Shown: positions 1 through 9,884 of the stretch, piece after piece
Layout of the letters: every line of letters begins with the position of its first letter
Position numbering within the stretch: position 1 is the first letter of the stretch
Assembly: GCA_047651235.1 (NCBI GenBank)
Contig: CP178758.1
Span: 2,640,001 to 2,672,000, forward strand
Direction of reading: 5' to 3'
Length of the DNA: 32,000 bases
Source of the DNA: Candidatus Electrothrix yaqonensis
GTDB taxonomy: Bacteria; Desulfobacterota; Desulfobulbia; Desulfobulbales; Desulfobulbaceae
Translations under genes and position numbers: made by a program
Notes under the pieces: generated by a model
What the model was told of the DNA's origin: nothing
The model's database searches: none
What the model saw: the letters and a program-made list of their open reading frames with translations, nothing else

Positions 1-121
1 TCAAGTGGATTCAACGGTTGATCGATCAACTCTTAACAGGGAGACCATCGAAAAAATATTTCTCAGATTAAGCACTCCCGACACAGCAGCAGCATCGGTT
101 TCATGGCAGTCTGTCCCGCAG

Positions 122-3100
122 TTACGTACCCCGGATCAGTTCCAGCAGTTCATCCGTGCTGATACGGGCGCCTGTATCTGTTCCTTCCAGTAGGGAATTT
201 GCCAGATTGCGTTTTTCCTGATGGAGCTGGACTATTTTCTCCTCAATGGTACCGGCGGTCACCAGACGGTAGACCGTGACCGGCCGTTTCTGCCCGATAC
301 GGTGCGCCCGGTCTGCAGCCTGGTCCTCCACAGCCGGATTCCACCAGGGATCCATATGGATCACATAATCCGCTGCCGTAAGATTCAGGCCGAGTCCGCC
401 AGCCTTGAGGCTGATCAGAAAGAGGTCGCCCTTACCGGCCTGAAAGGCGTCCACCCTGCGCAGGCGTTCTTTGGCCGGAGTGGTGCCGTCCAGGTACTGA
501 TAGGAAATTTTCTGCTGATCAAGATAGTCGCAGATCAGGGCCAGATGCCCGGTAAACTGACTGAAGACCAGGGCCTTGTGCCGGGAATCGAGCAGCTCTT
601 CCACCACCTCGGCAAACACCCGGAGTTTGCTGGAAGTGATTCTGGTGTTCCGGTCAATGAGTTTCGGGTTGCAGCAGGCCCGGCGCAGACGCATGATCTC
701 GGCCAGGATCTGGAGATGGCGGCCGCTCTGCTGGCCGTTGCTTTCAATATTTTCTATGGCCTGCTGCCGGACAGCCTCATAAAACTGCAGTTCCGATTTT
801 TTCATTTCCACCCGCAGGGTGATTTCCGTTCTCGGAGGCAGTTCATCCAGCACTTCGGACTTAATCCGGCGGAGCATAAAGGGACGGATGAGCTTTTTCA
901 GCTGGCGGCGGGCAGCCCGGTCATGATGTTTTTCAATGGGAATGCCGAAACGGCTGTTGAACTCTTTGTAGGTGCCCAGCAGGCCGGGATTGATAAAATT
1001 AAATAGGTTCCACAATTCCCCCAGGTGGTTCTCGATGGGCGTACCGGTGGTGATCAGCCGGAATTTGGCTTTCAGGCGCATGGCCGCTTTGGACCGTTTG
1101 GTGGCTGCATTTTTGATGGACTGGGCCTCATCCAGCACAGTGGTCTGCCAGGAGACTTTTTCCAGCAGATCGATTTCCTGCTGAAGCAGGGTATAACTGG
1201 TTATCAGGATATCCCGTTTTCCGAGGCCCAGGATAACAGCTTCTCTGTCCTCTGCTCCGGCAAGGCTCTGCAGGGTCAGGGTCGGGGCAAAACGGGCGAC
1301 CTCCTGCTCCCAGTTCATACAGACCGAAGTGGGGGCGATCACAAGCGTCGGCCCGGATTCGGCCCGATCCAGGATAACAGCGATGGACTGCAGGGTTTTG
1401 CCTAACCCCATATCGTCGGCAAGGCATCCGCCCATCCCGAGGTGGGCAAGTCGGGCCATCCAGATAAAACCCTCGGTCTGGTAATCACGCAGTTCCGCCT
1501 GCAGGGTGGACGGGACTTCCGGAACAAAATCCCGGGCAAAATCAATTCGTTTTAATTGCTCCCGCCAGCCTGTATCTGTACTGGTATTGGCCTGACGGGT
1601 CAGATCATCCAGGGCAAGGGCGGCCAGCGGATGCACCTGAATTTCATCCTCAGCCGCCCCCTTGGGTCCCTTGGTGTCACCGAACTGGATCAGCTCTTCC
1701 AGCCGGTCCCGGAACTCCTGGGTCAGGGCGAGAAACTGGCCCTTGCCCAGGGGGATAAAACGGCTGTGCGATTCACGGATTTTATCCAGCAGAGATTTCA
1801 GATCAATGACCTCATCCTGATCCACCTGAACATGACCGGAAAGGGCAAACCAGTTCTGCTGGCTGGTACGGATGTTGAGATTGAGCTGATTGACCCCGGC
1901 CCGTCTGCGGACAGCGAGTTTTTCGCCTTCAGGCCATTCCAGAACCACCCGGTCGCGGATTTCTTCCAGTTCCAGCAGGGCCTGCAGACATTCTTCCGGA
2001 TCCAGCATATGCCATTCCCGATCGTTTTCCTGCTCCAGGTCAATGGCGAGATCGAGAATAGGGCAGCTTTCCTCCACTTCCCGCGCCTTTTCCTCCTCAA
2101 GCAGGAGGTTCCTTCTGGTCTGCATCCGGCGACCGTTGACTTCGGCCATCAGGTTAGCCACCCCGGCACCCGGTTTCAGATACGGGCCGCGCCGGGAAAA
2201 GGGCTGGACAAACATCTCCAGCCGGAACCCGCTGCCGTAGGGAATGATATGCAGATGCACCATGGAATCAGACTCGACAATCTGGACGCCCTGTTCTGCC
2301 GAGCCGACATTGATGGAGGAATGCACGGTCATGAACGAGGCGATATTACCGATGGCATTGAGGACCTGCCCACTGGCGGCCACAGGGATACGCAGCCCGT
2401 CACGCCCGGTTATTTCAGCCACCCTCCTGTGCTCATCATTGATTTTCATGACCCGGAAACGGGTGGGGGTTTCCTGCCAGACCGCTACGTTGCCTTCGCC
2501 GATATCCTGCAGAAAATGGATAAAGAGATGGTCATCCTGCTTCTCCACCATCAATTCGGGTTCTCCGGCCACAACCTCTACAGGCGTCCTGCCGGAATTT
2601 TCCAGGAAAACGATAGGATGTCCGACCAGGGCGGGCAGAGCTTCGTCCAGATCAAAGGCGCAGCCGCCGTTCCGGGAGTTGATATCGCCGATCTGACGCA
2701 GAGCCGCACAGATTTTTTGGTCCTGCTCAGTCAGAAAATCAAACTGTTCAGGTTCCATCAGCCGGTTCAGGCCGATTCCTCTGCCTTTGCTCCATTTTCC
2801 CCGTCCTTTCCTTTTCTGTTCCTTGGCGTTCAGCTCCAGATTTTCTCCGTCAAATCCCACCAGCCAGATCAGACGGCTGGTTTTTTCCGGTGCTCTGGAA
2901 CGGCTGGTCACCGTGATCAGCTCCTGCAGGCTCTGCTTCCAGGAATGTTTATCCGGAGAAACGATATGAATGATCGTGGCACATTTGTTTTGCTTTCGGA
3001 ATTTTTTTGCTTTTTCAGCCTGCTTTTTTTGTGAGGCATCAATGGCAGCCAACAGCTCGGCTGTCTCCCCGGCCAGCCAGGAGAAGTTATTATTCTCAGC

Positions 3101-4324
3101 CTGTCGGCATAAAGAAACCAGAGCGTCCTGAAATTTTTTCGGGATCTCCACCCCCATCCAGTACAGAGCCAGAACAGCTGTCAGGGTGCTCAATCCCCGT
3201 TCCTCAGCCTCAAGGCGCTCTGTCAGAACCAGCATATCCGGGAGAATGCCGTCGATACTCCGTGCATAGGCATCAAGAAATCGGACCGATATTTCCAGCG
3301 GCCCTTCTGCGCACTGTTCCAGAATCAGGGCCACGGCCCGGCGGATCAGGCTGCGGTCCTGCTCGTTATTCCGGGCCAGCAGGGCGAGCAGGCAGAAGAT
3401 GCCGTTGATGTTGAAGAAAAAGCTTCCCTCCGGCTCGGCATATTTATTGAGTAGGGCAAGATCCTGTTCAAAGAGTTCCAATGCCTCTTGTTTGCGATCC
3501 TGCAGAAAAGCGAGACTGCCTGCAAAACCGGATCCCTGAAAGATATCCGCATGGGTGGTCAGCAGGGCCTCCAGTCTATCGAGGTTGCCCTGGAACAAAT
3601 AATATTCCGCCAGCATACGCTGAAAAGGAACCCGCTCGTCCTCGGACAGGGGCATTTTGTCTTTATCTTCAAGATAACTGATCACAGCCGGAAAATGACA
3701 GAGCTTGTCCATAGAATACCGGATGATGCTGTCCAGGAGATAAAACTGCAGGGAACCCGGCAGGCCGCTGAACCAGGCTGCAGAAAAATTCCGGGCAACG
3801 ATCCTGACTGCCGGCGGTTCCGGTCCGATGTGTTCCCTGCCGTGCCGGGCCAGAAAGGTGACTGCCTCATCAATTTTCTCAAAATCATCTGTATAGAGAC
3901 CGATCCGGAACTGACGCAGGGCCCGTTGACAGCGGGTGGCCCATTTGCCGTACAGATAGGAAACCGGCGCTTTTTTTTCGATCAGAGCGGCAAAATCGGT
4001 AAAATCTCCTTGTGCAGCAGCCTGTCTGGTCAGATATTCGGCAAGCGATGGCGGACACTGATTGAGTTCGTTGAGCAGCTCCATTTTCCGGAGCTGACTG
4101 ACCGCCAGCTCCAGCTCACTTTTGGTCAGACGCCGGATATCCGGGATGGGAATATCTGCTTCAGCAAGGCAGTTGCCAAGAAAGGTTGTGGAAACCGGTT
4201 CATAAATTATCGAGATGAACCGGAGGAGAAACTGCTCAAACGGCGGCAGGATCGCAACCACTGCTGTCTGGTCTTTTTCCGGGAGGGATATTTTTTCCTG
4301 CACAGATGGAGGCGAGAAAACCAT
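122..4324 (-). CDS. SNF2/SWI2-family helicase with a long (~900 aa) non-helicase N-terminal region
   Basis: The C-terminal third has SNF2 motifs: DDMGLGKT (motif I), LDEAQSIKN (motif II) and helicase-C DPWWNPAVEDQAADRAHRIGQKRPV. The ORF is open to 4393. The ATG at 4324 (MVFSPP...) has AAGGAA 7 nt upstream and avoids overlap with the ppiD stop, so it is the preferred start. Confidence 0.85.
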   Translation of the reverse strand: MVFSPPSVQEKISLPEKDQTAVVAILPPFEQFLLRFISIIYEPVSTTFLGNCLAEADIPIPDIRRLTKSELELAVSQLRKMELLNELNQCPPSLAEYLTRQAAAQGDFTDFAALIEKKAPVSYLYGKWATRCQRALRQFRIGLYTDDFEKIDEAVTFLARHGREHIGPEPPAVRIVARNFSAAWFSGLPGSLQFYLLDSIIRYSMDKLCHFPAVISYLEDKDKMPLSEDERVPFQRMLAEYYLFQGNLDRLEALLTTHADIFQGSGFAGSLAFLQDRKQEALELFEQDLALLNKYAEPEGSFFFNINGIFCLLALLARNNEQDRSLIRRAVALILEQCAEGPLEISVRFLDAYARSIDGILPDMLVLTERLEAEERGLSTLTAVLALYWMGVEIPKKFQDALVSLCRQAENNNFSWLAGETAELLAAIDASQKKQAEKAKKFRKQNKCATIIHIVSPDKHSWKQSLQELITVTSRSRAPEKTSRLIWLVGFDGENLELNAKEQKRKGRGKWSKGRGIGLNRLMEPEQFDFLTEQDQKICAALRQIGDINSRNGGCAFDLDEALPALVGHPIVFLENSGRTPVEVVAGEPELMVEKQDDHLFIHFLQDIGEGNVAVWQETPTRFRVMKINDEHRRVAEITGRDGLRIPVAASGQVLNAIGNIASFMTVHSSINVGSAEQGVQIVESDSMVHLHIIPYGSGFRLEMFVQPFSRRGPYLKPGAGVANLMAEVNGRRMQTRRNLLLEEEKAREVEESCPILDLAIDLEQENDREWHMLDPEECLQALLELEEIRDRVVLEWPEGEKLAVRRRAGVNQLNLNIRTSQQNWFALSGHVQVDQDEVIDLKSLLDKIRESHSRFIPLGKGQFLALTQEFRDRLEELIQFGDTKGPKGAAEDEIQVHPLAALALDDLTRQANTSTDTGWREQLKRIDFARDFVPEVPSTLQAELRDYQTEGFIWMARLAHLGMGGCLADDMGLGKTLQSIAVILDRAESGPTLVIAPTSVCMNWEQEVARFAPTLTLQSLAGAEDREAVILGLGKRDILITSYTLLQQEIDLLEKVSWQTTVLDEAQSIKNAATKRSKAAMRLKAKFRLITTGTPIENHLGELWNLFNFINPGLLGTYKEFNSRFGIPIEKHHDRAARRQLKKLIRPFMLRRIKSEVLDELPPRTEITLRVEMKKSELQFYEAVRQQAIENIESNGQQSGRHLQILAEIMRLRRACCNPKLIDRNTRITSSKLRVFAEVVEELLDSRHKALVFSQFTGHLALICDYLDQQKISYQYLDGTTPAKERLRRVDAFQAGKGDLFLISLKAGGLGLNLTAADYVIHMDPWWNPAVEDQAADRAHRIGQKRPVTVYRLVTAGTIEEKIVQLHQEKRNLANSLLEGTDTGARISTDELLELIRGT

Positions 4325-4332
4325 TGTATTCC

Positions 4333-6243
4333 TTATTTGAGCAGAGAAGCGTTGGTTGTAATGGTCGAACGGGCCTGCAGGGCCGCGATCCATGCAGAGA
4401 CCAGCTCGTTGCGGGCTGCTGCTGCCAGATTTTTTTCAGCCTGATCGCGCTCTGCAGTATCGGTAGTATCGGCTTCCGTTCCTGTCCGTCGTTCCGCGAC
4501 TTCGTACACATAATAAAGCTGGCCGATCTGCACAGATTTTTCCGGCAGTTTTTCTTTCCAGGCCAGGGCAAAGCCGCTCTGCAGGAGTTCTCCCGGAGGG
4601 GCGTCCTTCTCTGCAGGAGAGCGCGGAAGAAAATCTGTGGTGATTATTTGTTCCGCATCCGCATCATCGGAACCGGAGGGTTCCTGCAGAGCGCCCTGTT
4701 CCCGGCTTGCGGCCAGCAAGGCATCAGCTGCCTGCGAAGCCAGTTCTTCAGCTTTCACCTTTGTGTAATCAGTCACTACCTGTTCGCGCACCGCATCAAG
4801 CTCCGGCAGAGCCGGTTCCTGGATATCATCGACAAAAATGACCGCATAGCCGTCACGCATTTCCACGATGGAGGAAAGCTCGCCTTTTTTCAGCTGAAAG
4901 GCGGTCTCAAGAAACTTAGGGTCATCGACCATGCCTTCGGGCGGATTTTTTCGGGAGAAGTACTCGGAAGTACTGATCGTATCCTTGCCTTGCTGACTGT
5001 ATTTCTCCAGACTGCCTGCCCGCATAATGCCTTCATAGGCACTTGTGGCCCGTTTGAAGGTCAGGTTCTTTGCCTGCTGTTTTTTCAGCGTACCGGCCAG
5101 ATTATCCCTGACCTGCTCAAAGCTGCGGACAGATGCCGGAAGGATTTCTTCGAGTTTGATAATATGATAGCCGAACTGCGTTTCCACCACATCGCTGACC
5201 TCTCCGGACTGCATGGCAAAAACCTTCTTATCAAAAGCAGGCACCATCTGACCGGCAGGGAAGAACCCCAGATCTCCGCCCCGGTCCTTTGTCGGTCCCT
5301 CGGAATATTCCGTGGCCAAGGCGGCAAAATCGCTGTTCTCCTGACGGGCCTGCTGCAGGACTTGCTCTGCCTTTTTCTTCTGTTCCGCCCGAATTTCTCC
5401 GCTGTCCGTTTCGCTGACTTTCAGCAGAATATGACGGGCATGGCGGCGTTCCGGCTGGCGGTAGTTCTCCTTGCGGCTTTCGTACAGGGCTTTAACCTCC
5501 TCTTCGGCAGGCTCCACCTGCTCCAGATCATCCTCGGTTCTGAAGACCAGGTATTTCAGCCGCACCTTGGGGTCTGAACGGTACTGCTCTTTGTGCTGTT
5601 CAAACCAGGCCGCAAGTTCTTCCTCCTTCACCTCTACTTTGTCGGTAAAGTCAGCAGGATCAAACTGGACATAGGCGAGTTTGATCTCCTGTCCGTTATA
5701 GGCAAGCCATTGATCAACAGCACTGTCCGGCACCAGGGTAAAACCGGCCACACCGCCTGTCACCCGCCCGGCCCGGAGATCAGACTTGATGCCTTCTTCA
5801 AAACCGGAGGGGGTCATTCTGTTCTGACCGAGTATGGAGGTATAGCGCTCCTGATCGAATTTTCCGTTTTCCAGAAACACGTCCATTTTTTTTATCTTTT
5901 CCTGCACCATGCGGTCGCTGACCCTGATCCCCATTTCTTCACCGCCCTGACGGATCAGTTCCGCCCGGATCAGCTGCGACAGCACCTGCTGCCGAATTCC
6001 TAACTGTTCCAAGAGACCCGGAGGCATCTGCCCGCCAAACCGGCGCCGGAAGTTTTCTACGGTCCGGTCATATTCCTGCCCGTAAGCCTGATAGGATATG
6101 TTCTCCCCGTTCACTGTGGCGACGGCTGTACGGCTGCTGTTGCCCCCACCGCCAAATCCCCAGAAAATAAAGACTATGGCGATGACGACCACCATTGCCT
6201 GGATAAGAGGGGATTGCGCCTGTTTGCGTAATATGTTCAGCAT
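4333..6243 (-). CDS. ppiD: PpiD-like periplasmic chaperone / parvulin-type peptidyl-prolyl isomerase
   Basis: It has an N-terminal membrane anchor (MLNILRKQAQSPLIQAMVVVIAIVFIFWGFGGG) and a SurA_N-like region. The parvulin domain reads ARHILLKV...GGDLGFFPAGQMVPAFDKKVF...FGYHIIKLEE. The upstream extension of the ORF to 6675 looks non-coding, so the start is set at the ATG at 6243. Confidence 0.8.
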   Translation of the reverse strand: MLNILRKQAQSPLIQAMVVVIAIVFIFWGFGGGGNSSRTAVATVNGENISYQAYGQEYDRTVENFRRRFGGQMPPGLLEQLGIRQQVLSQLIRAELIRQGGEEMGIRVSDRMVQEKIKKMDVFLENGKFDQERYTSILGQNRMTPSGFEEGIKSDLRAGRVTGGVAGFTLVPDSAVDQWLAYNGQEIKLAYVQFDPADFTDKVEVKEEELAAWFEQHKEQYRSDPKVRLKYLVFRTEDDLEQVEPAEEEVKALYESRKENYRQPERRHARHILLKVSETDSGEIRAEQKKKAEQVLQQARQENSDFAALATEYSEGPTKDRGGDLGFFPAGQMVPAFDKKVFAMQSGEVSDVVETQFGYHIIKLEEILPASVRSFEQVRDNLAGTLKKQQAKNLTFKRATSAYEGIMRAGSLEKYSQQGKDTISTSEYFSRKNPPEGMVDDPKFLETAFQLKKGELSSIVEMRDGYAVIFVDDIQEPALPELDAVREQVVTDYTKVKAEELASQAADALLAASREQGALQEPSGSDDADAEQIITTDFLPRSPAEKDAPPGELLQSGFALAWKEKLPEKSVQIGQLYYVYEVAERRTGTEADTTDTAERDQAEKNLAAAARNELVSAWIAALQARSTITTNASLLK

Positions 6244-6534
6244 GATATCCTTTTCTCCACATAGAGTTGTTCGGAATAACCGGGTTACGTTCAGTATATT
6301 ACGGGAAGGCAATAATAGCAGATTATTGACGAAAAAGCCAATTTTTGTGCAGCAGGACGGACAGGAAAATCGGAAAAAAGAAGAAGTCTTGACAGAAAAG
6401 ACTGTTGACAAAAAAAGCAGGCTATAGTAAGTGTTGCCTTCACTGAAACAAATAGAAACAAGATAATAACCAGTGAATAATTTTTTATTCATTATCACCT
6501 TCATATTCTTATTTTTATCCAAGGGAGAAAAACA

Positions 6535-6855
6535 ATGGCAACTCTTGAGCACAATGGTACCACCTACGAGGTTGATGAAGACGGCTTCCTGCTGAATGGC
6601 ACCGAGGAGTGGGACGAAAACTGGGTCGATTACGTGAAAAGCGTTGAAGGCATCTCCGAGATGACGGATGAGCATCAGAAAGTGATCGATGCTCTGCAGG
6701 AATACTACAAGAAGAACGGTATTGCTCCCATGGTCCGTATTTTGTCCAAGACCACCGGATACCCGCTGAAAAGAATTTACGAGCTGTTCCCGTCAGGACC
6801 GGGTAAAGGAGCCTGTAAAATGGCCGGTCTGCCCAAACCCACAGGTTGTGTCTGA
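6535..6855 (+). CDS. dsrC: DsrC (TusE/DsrC/DsvC family, dissimilatory sulfite reductase-associated sulfur carrier)
   Basis: 106 aa. The characteristic C-terminal arm CKMAGLPKPTGCV carries the two conserved cysteines. The RBS AAGGGAGA lies upstream of the ATG. Confidence 0.93.
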   Translation: MATLEHNGTTYEVDEDGFLLNGTEEWDENWVDYVKSVEGISEMTDEHQKVIDALQEYYKKNGIAPMVRILSKTTGYPLKRIYELFPSGPGKGACKMAGLPKPTGCV

Positions 6856-6901
6856 TTTCCGGAACTCCCGGATCAGATAATCAGGATCAGCCTGAAGTCT
6901 G

Positions 6902-6940
6902 AAGGAAGGTTGCCGTATGGTGACCTTCCTTTTTTGTGTC
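6902..6940 (+). terminator. Rho-independent terminator downstream of dsrC
   Basis: A 9-bp stem pairs AAGGAAGGT (6902-6910) with ACCTTCCTT (6923-6931) around a 12-nt loop. A T-rich run follows. Confidence 0.7.
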
Positions 6941-6962
6941 TTTTTTCCCTTCTACTGCTCCG

Positions 6963-7021
6963 AAAAAAAAGCTGCAGAGAGGCAGGCTCAGCGGTTCTTT
7001 CCTGTCTCTCTTATTTTTTTT
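6963..7021. terminator. Bidirectional terminator hairpin between dsrC and the convergent carbonic anhydrase gene
   Basis: The stem pairs GAGAGGCAGG (6976-6985) with CCTGTCTCTC (7001-7010), with one mismatch. An A8 tract lies on the left (6963-6970) and a T tract on the right (7014-7021). This gives a U-run on both strands. Confidence 0.65.
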
Positions 7022-7035
7022 CTTCTTGGTGGCCG

Positions 7036-7773
7036 CTACTGCAGAACCGGACGGGCATTGATCGGCTGAACCGGTCGGTTGTTGGGATGTCCTAATGCCT
7101 CAGCCAGCTGTTTGACCTGTGCCTCCGAAACCGTGACAGGGTTCTTCATGACCAGCCAGAGCACGCCTTCCGTGCAGGGCGGGGTGGTCAGGGAGCCGTT
7201 GAAGCGGTAGTACTCCTTATTTTTCGGCAGAAGACGCTCGGCCCGGGCCTGCGAGACCATGCCGGATTTTTTTCCGGCCTTGGCAGGCATCTGCTGCCAG
7301 ATTTTTTTCAGCTCGGCATTTTCTTCCCCCAAAGTGTACATGACCGCGATGACGGCAAGATGGCCGTCGGTATCAGCATGGATAAAATGCGCCTCCATGG
7401 GAAACTGCTTCCCATCAATCAGGTTTTCACTGGGGGTATGAAAATGGAACTGCTTGAGCATAAAGGTCTTCCCGGCTGCGGTCATGGTGGACCCGGCAGT
7501 ATAGTTTGCCTGAATCGCATGACCGTTATGCACCACCTCGGTTGCCAAGCCGGTGTAGTTGAAGGTGATCGGTTCCAGTTCCGCCTCGATAAAACCAGTC
7601 AGGTTGATCGGGGCCTGATTGACCCCTTGAGCGCAGAGCTCAAAAGCCGGATACAGCTCACCCCAGTGTTCCGGCGCTCCTGCACCGGTGTATCCCCATT
7701 TTCCTGCTGAGGCTGCAGCACTTCCGGCTGCTAGAAGCAGGGCAGCTGCAACAGCCGATATTATTCTCTTCAT
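7036..7773 (-). CDS. Alpha-class carbonic anhydrase, secreted
   Basis: Signal peptide MKRIISAVAAALLLAAGSAAASA. The alpha-CA zinc-ligand context is present: QFHFHTPSEN and EAHFIHAD. The C-terminal NNRPVQPINARPV is also typical. Confidence 0.88.
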   Translation of the reverse strand: MKRIISAVAAALLLAAGSAAASAGKWGYTGAGAPEHWGELYPAFELCAQGVNQAPINLTGFIEAELEPITFNYTGLATEVVHNGHAIQANYTAGSTMTAAGKTFMLKQFHFHTPSENLIDGKQFPMEAHFIHADTDGHLAVIAVMYTLGEENAELKKIWQQMPAKAGKKSGMVSQARAERLLPKNKEYYRFNGSLTTPPCTEGVLWLVMKNPVTVSEAQVKQLAEALGHPNNRPVQPINARPVLQ

Positions 7774-7841
7774 CTCGTTCTCCTGTTAAAGGTATCCGGA
7801 ACAGGTACTGAGTACCTCTCCCCTGCAGTATCCTCTGAAGT

Positions 7842-8846
7842 TTACAGCGGCTTGTTTGCCTCCATGTGCAGGGCAAGATCAAGCATCCGGTTGGAGTAAC
7901 CCCATTCATTATCGTACCAGGACATAATCTTGACCGTGGTGCCCAGCACGCGGGTACAGAGGCCGTCCACTATAGAGGAATGGGGATCGCCCTGAAAATC
8001 AATCGAGACCAGCGGTTCCTCGCAGTAGCGCAGAACACGGCCGTCCGCTTCCTGCAGCGCCTTGTTGACCTCGGTCACCGAGGTTTCCCGTTCCACTTCC
8101 ATTACCACATCCACCAGCGAGACATCAGGCGTGGGCACCCGGACAGCCAGCCCGTCGAATTTGTTTTTCAGTTCCGGAATCACCAAGGCCACGGCCGAGG
8201 CCGCACCGGTATTGGTGGGGATCATGGACATAGCTGCGGCCCGTGCCCGGCGCAGGTCGGAATGGGGAAAGTCCAGGAGCCGCTGATCGCCGGTATAGGC
8301 ATGCACTGTAGTCATCAGGCCGCGTCTGATACCAAAGTTATTCAGAATCACCTGGGCCACCGGAGCCAGGCAGTTGGTGGTACAGGAGGCATTGGAAACC
8401 ACATGATGTTCAGTGGGATCATATTCCTCCTCATTTACCCCCATGACAATGGTCTTGACCCCGCCCTTGGCCGGAGCAGAAATAATGACCTTAGAGGCAC
8501 CTGCATCAATATGGGCACCGGCGGATTCATGATCTCTGAAAAAACCTGTGCACTCGAGCACGTATTCCGCGCCTCCGGCTTTCCAGGGGATATCAGCCGG
8601 TTTTCTGTGATTGGTTACCGGGATTTCGCGCTCGTTGACCACGATACCGTTGTCAGAGCTGGTTATATCGGCTTTGCACACTCCCATCACCGAGTCATAT
8701 TTCAACAGATGGGCAATGGTTTTAATATCCGTAAGGTCATTAATGCCCACAACCTCGATATCTGCAAACTTTTCATCTTCACTGAGCGCCCGAAAAATAT
8801 TCCGTCCTATCCGCCCGAATCCGTTGATGCCGATCTTGATGCTCAT
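7842..8846 (-). CDS. gap: Type I glyceraldehyde-3-phosphate dehydrogenase
   Basis: INGFGRIGRN NAD-binding motif, catalytic SNASCTTNCLAP, and the WYDNEWGYS C-terminal motif. Confidence 0.95.
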   Translation of the reverse strand: MSIKIGINGFGRIGRNIFRALSEDEKFADIEVVGINDLTDIKTIAHLLKYDSVMGVCKADITSSDNGIVVNEREIPVTNHRKPADIPWKAGGAEYVLECTGFFRDHESAGAHIDAGASKVIISAPAKGGVKTIVMGVNEEEYDPTEHHVVSNASCTTNCLAPVAQVILNNFGIRRGLMTTVHAYTGDQRLLDFPHSDLRRARAAAMSMIPTNTGAASAVALVIPELKNKFDGLAVRVPTPDVSLVDVVMEVERETSVTEVNKALQEADGRVLRYCEEPLVSIDFQGDPHSSIVDGLCTRVLGTTVKIMSWYDNEWGYSNRMLDLALHMEANKPL

Positions 8847-8927
8847 GGTGTTGCTCCTCTTTTTTTGATTTGTCGTATCTTTATCCGAAGCAAGTCGGAA
8901 AACTGATTCTGTCTGTACCGTGTACCG

Positions 8928-9830
8928 TTATGCTGCTTCCAGAAACGCGCTGTTTTTGCGGATCAGCGTTTCAAGCTCGCGTATTTTTTCCGCCGCTTCT
9001 CCGCATTCTCCGCTGGTCTCCAAAGCGCGTTTATACATAACTAGGGCCCGTGTATACCACTGACCGCTCATATAGCTCCTGCCGGCAGCACAGAATCCCG
9101 AAGCAGGAGAGCCGGAAAACATATCCTGAAAGACATCGGTGAGTTCTTCGCCCCAGAGATCCTGGACAATGTCCTCCTGCTCCACCAGGAAACGGACCAG
9201 CAGGGAGTTGCCGGAAAGCCCGCTGAGCATGGTGCGCAGCATATTGGAGGTCTGGCCGAAAAGAAACGCAAGCTGTTCCATCTGCTGCATAACATCCACA
9301 GCAATCCGTCTGATCAGTCCCTTTCTGTCCAGAATTCTGGACAGCCGGGAAGCAGGAAAATGCACTCTCCGGACTCCTCCCTCTATCATGGAACCGTAAT
9401 TGTTCAGAATATACACATCTTCCCGCAACCGCATGGCTTCATGAAAAATGGAACCTACGAGCCAGTCCACCAGCGAGCCCTCGATATTTTCTCCCTGCTC
9501 CTCTTCGGCCCAGACACGGCGGCAGTGATCGCGCAGTTCCCAGAGCGGCCCTTTTTCCGTTTCCGAGCCGATCATTCTGTCCAGCCGGTGCCAGATTCCG
9601 CACTGCGCATCTTCATCCTGGGCCGTCAGCAGATAACAGCAGCCTCCTGTTGCCGAACCCCGGCAGTCGCAGTACGTGCAGTATAACTGCTGAAATGAAT
9701 AGCTGAGGGTAAAAAAATCCGCGAAAAATCGACGGACAAAAAAATCCCGCTGCCGGTCGAACCAGTTTCTGCAGCGACGGCGGGCAGGGAAGCTGCCGGA
9801 ACCGCTCGTATAGCCTCTCCTTTTGAGCAT
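8928..9830 (-). CDS. Hypothetical protein with a Cys-rich N-terminal segment
   Basis: A 300-aa ORF co-oriented between glgA and gap. It contains CTYCDCRGSATGGCC and a helical C-terminal half. I recognise no family and the start codon is uncertain. Confidence 0.5.
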   Translation of the reverse strand: MLKRRGYTSGSGSFPARRRCRNWFDRQRDFFVRRFFADFFTLSYSFQQLYCTYCDCRGSATGGCCYLLTAQDEDAQCGIWHRLDRMIGSETEKGPLWELRDHCRRVWAEEEQGENIEGSLVDWLVGSIFHEAMRLREDVYILNNYGSMIEGGVRRVHFPASRLSRILDRKGLIRRIAVDVMQQMEQLAFLFGQTSNMLRTMLSGLSGNSLLVRFLVEQEDIVQDLWGEELTDVFQDMFSGSPASGFCAAGRSYMSGQWYTRALVMYKRALETSGECGEAAEKIRELETLIRKNSAFLEAA

Positions 9831-9884
9831 ATTATCAGGCTGATGTGTCTGTTATCGCGTTTGTTGCTGTTTTAAAACAGCTTC

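Noticed and set aside
17-30. Perfect 14-bp palindrome GTTGATCGATCAAC (contains two GATC) just downstream of the SNF2 stop.
   Set aside because: It is a single occurrence at the window edge. No U-run makes it a terminator and no adjacent gene context is visible. It cannot be distinguished from chance or a generic protein-binding site.
1556-3034. Long antisense ORFs opposite real genes: 1556-3034 (+), 4306-5577 (+), 7866-8906 (+), 9927-11084 (+), 17698-18651 (-), 19787-21031 (+), 22639-23955 (+), 26429-27262 (-) and 29376-30272 (-).
   Set aside because: Each lies fully within a confidently identified gene on the other strand. Their low-complexity, Arg/Gly/Pro-rich translations have no recognisable motifs. 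These are typical shadow ORFs of GC-rich coding DNA.
6389-6428. Two TTGACA hexamers (6389-6394, 6405-6410) and a TATAGT (6423-6428) upstream of dsrC as a possible strong promoter.
   Set aside because: The spacings to the TATAGT box are 28 and 12 nt, neither near the canonical 17. The real promoter cannot be assigned without transcription start site data.
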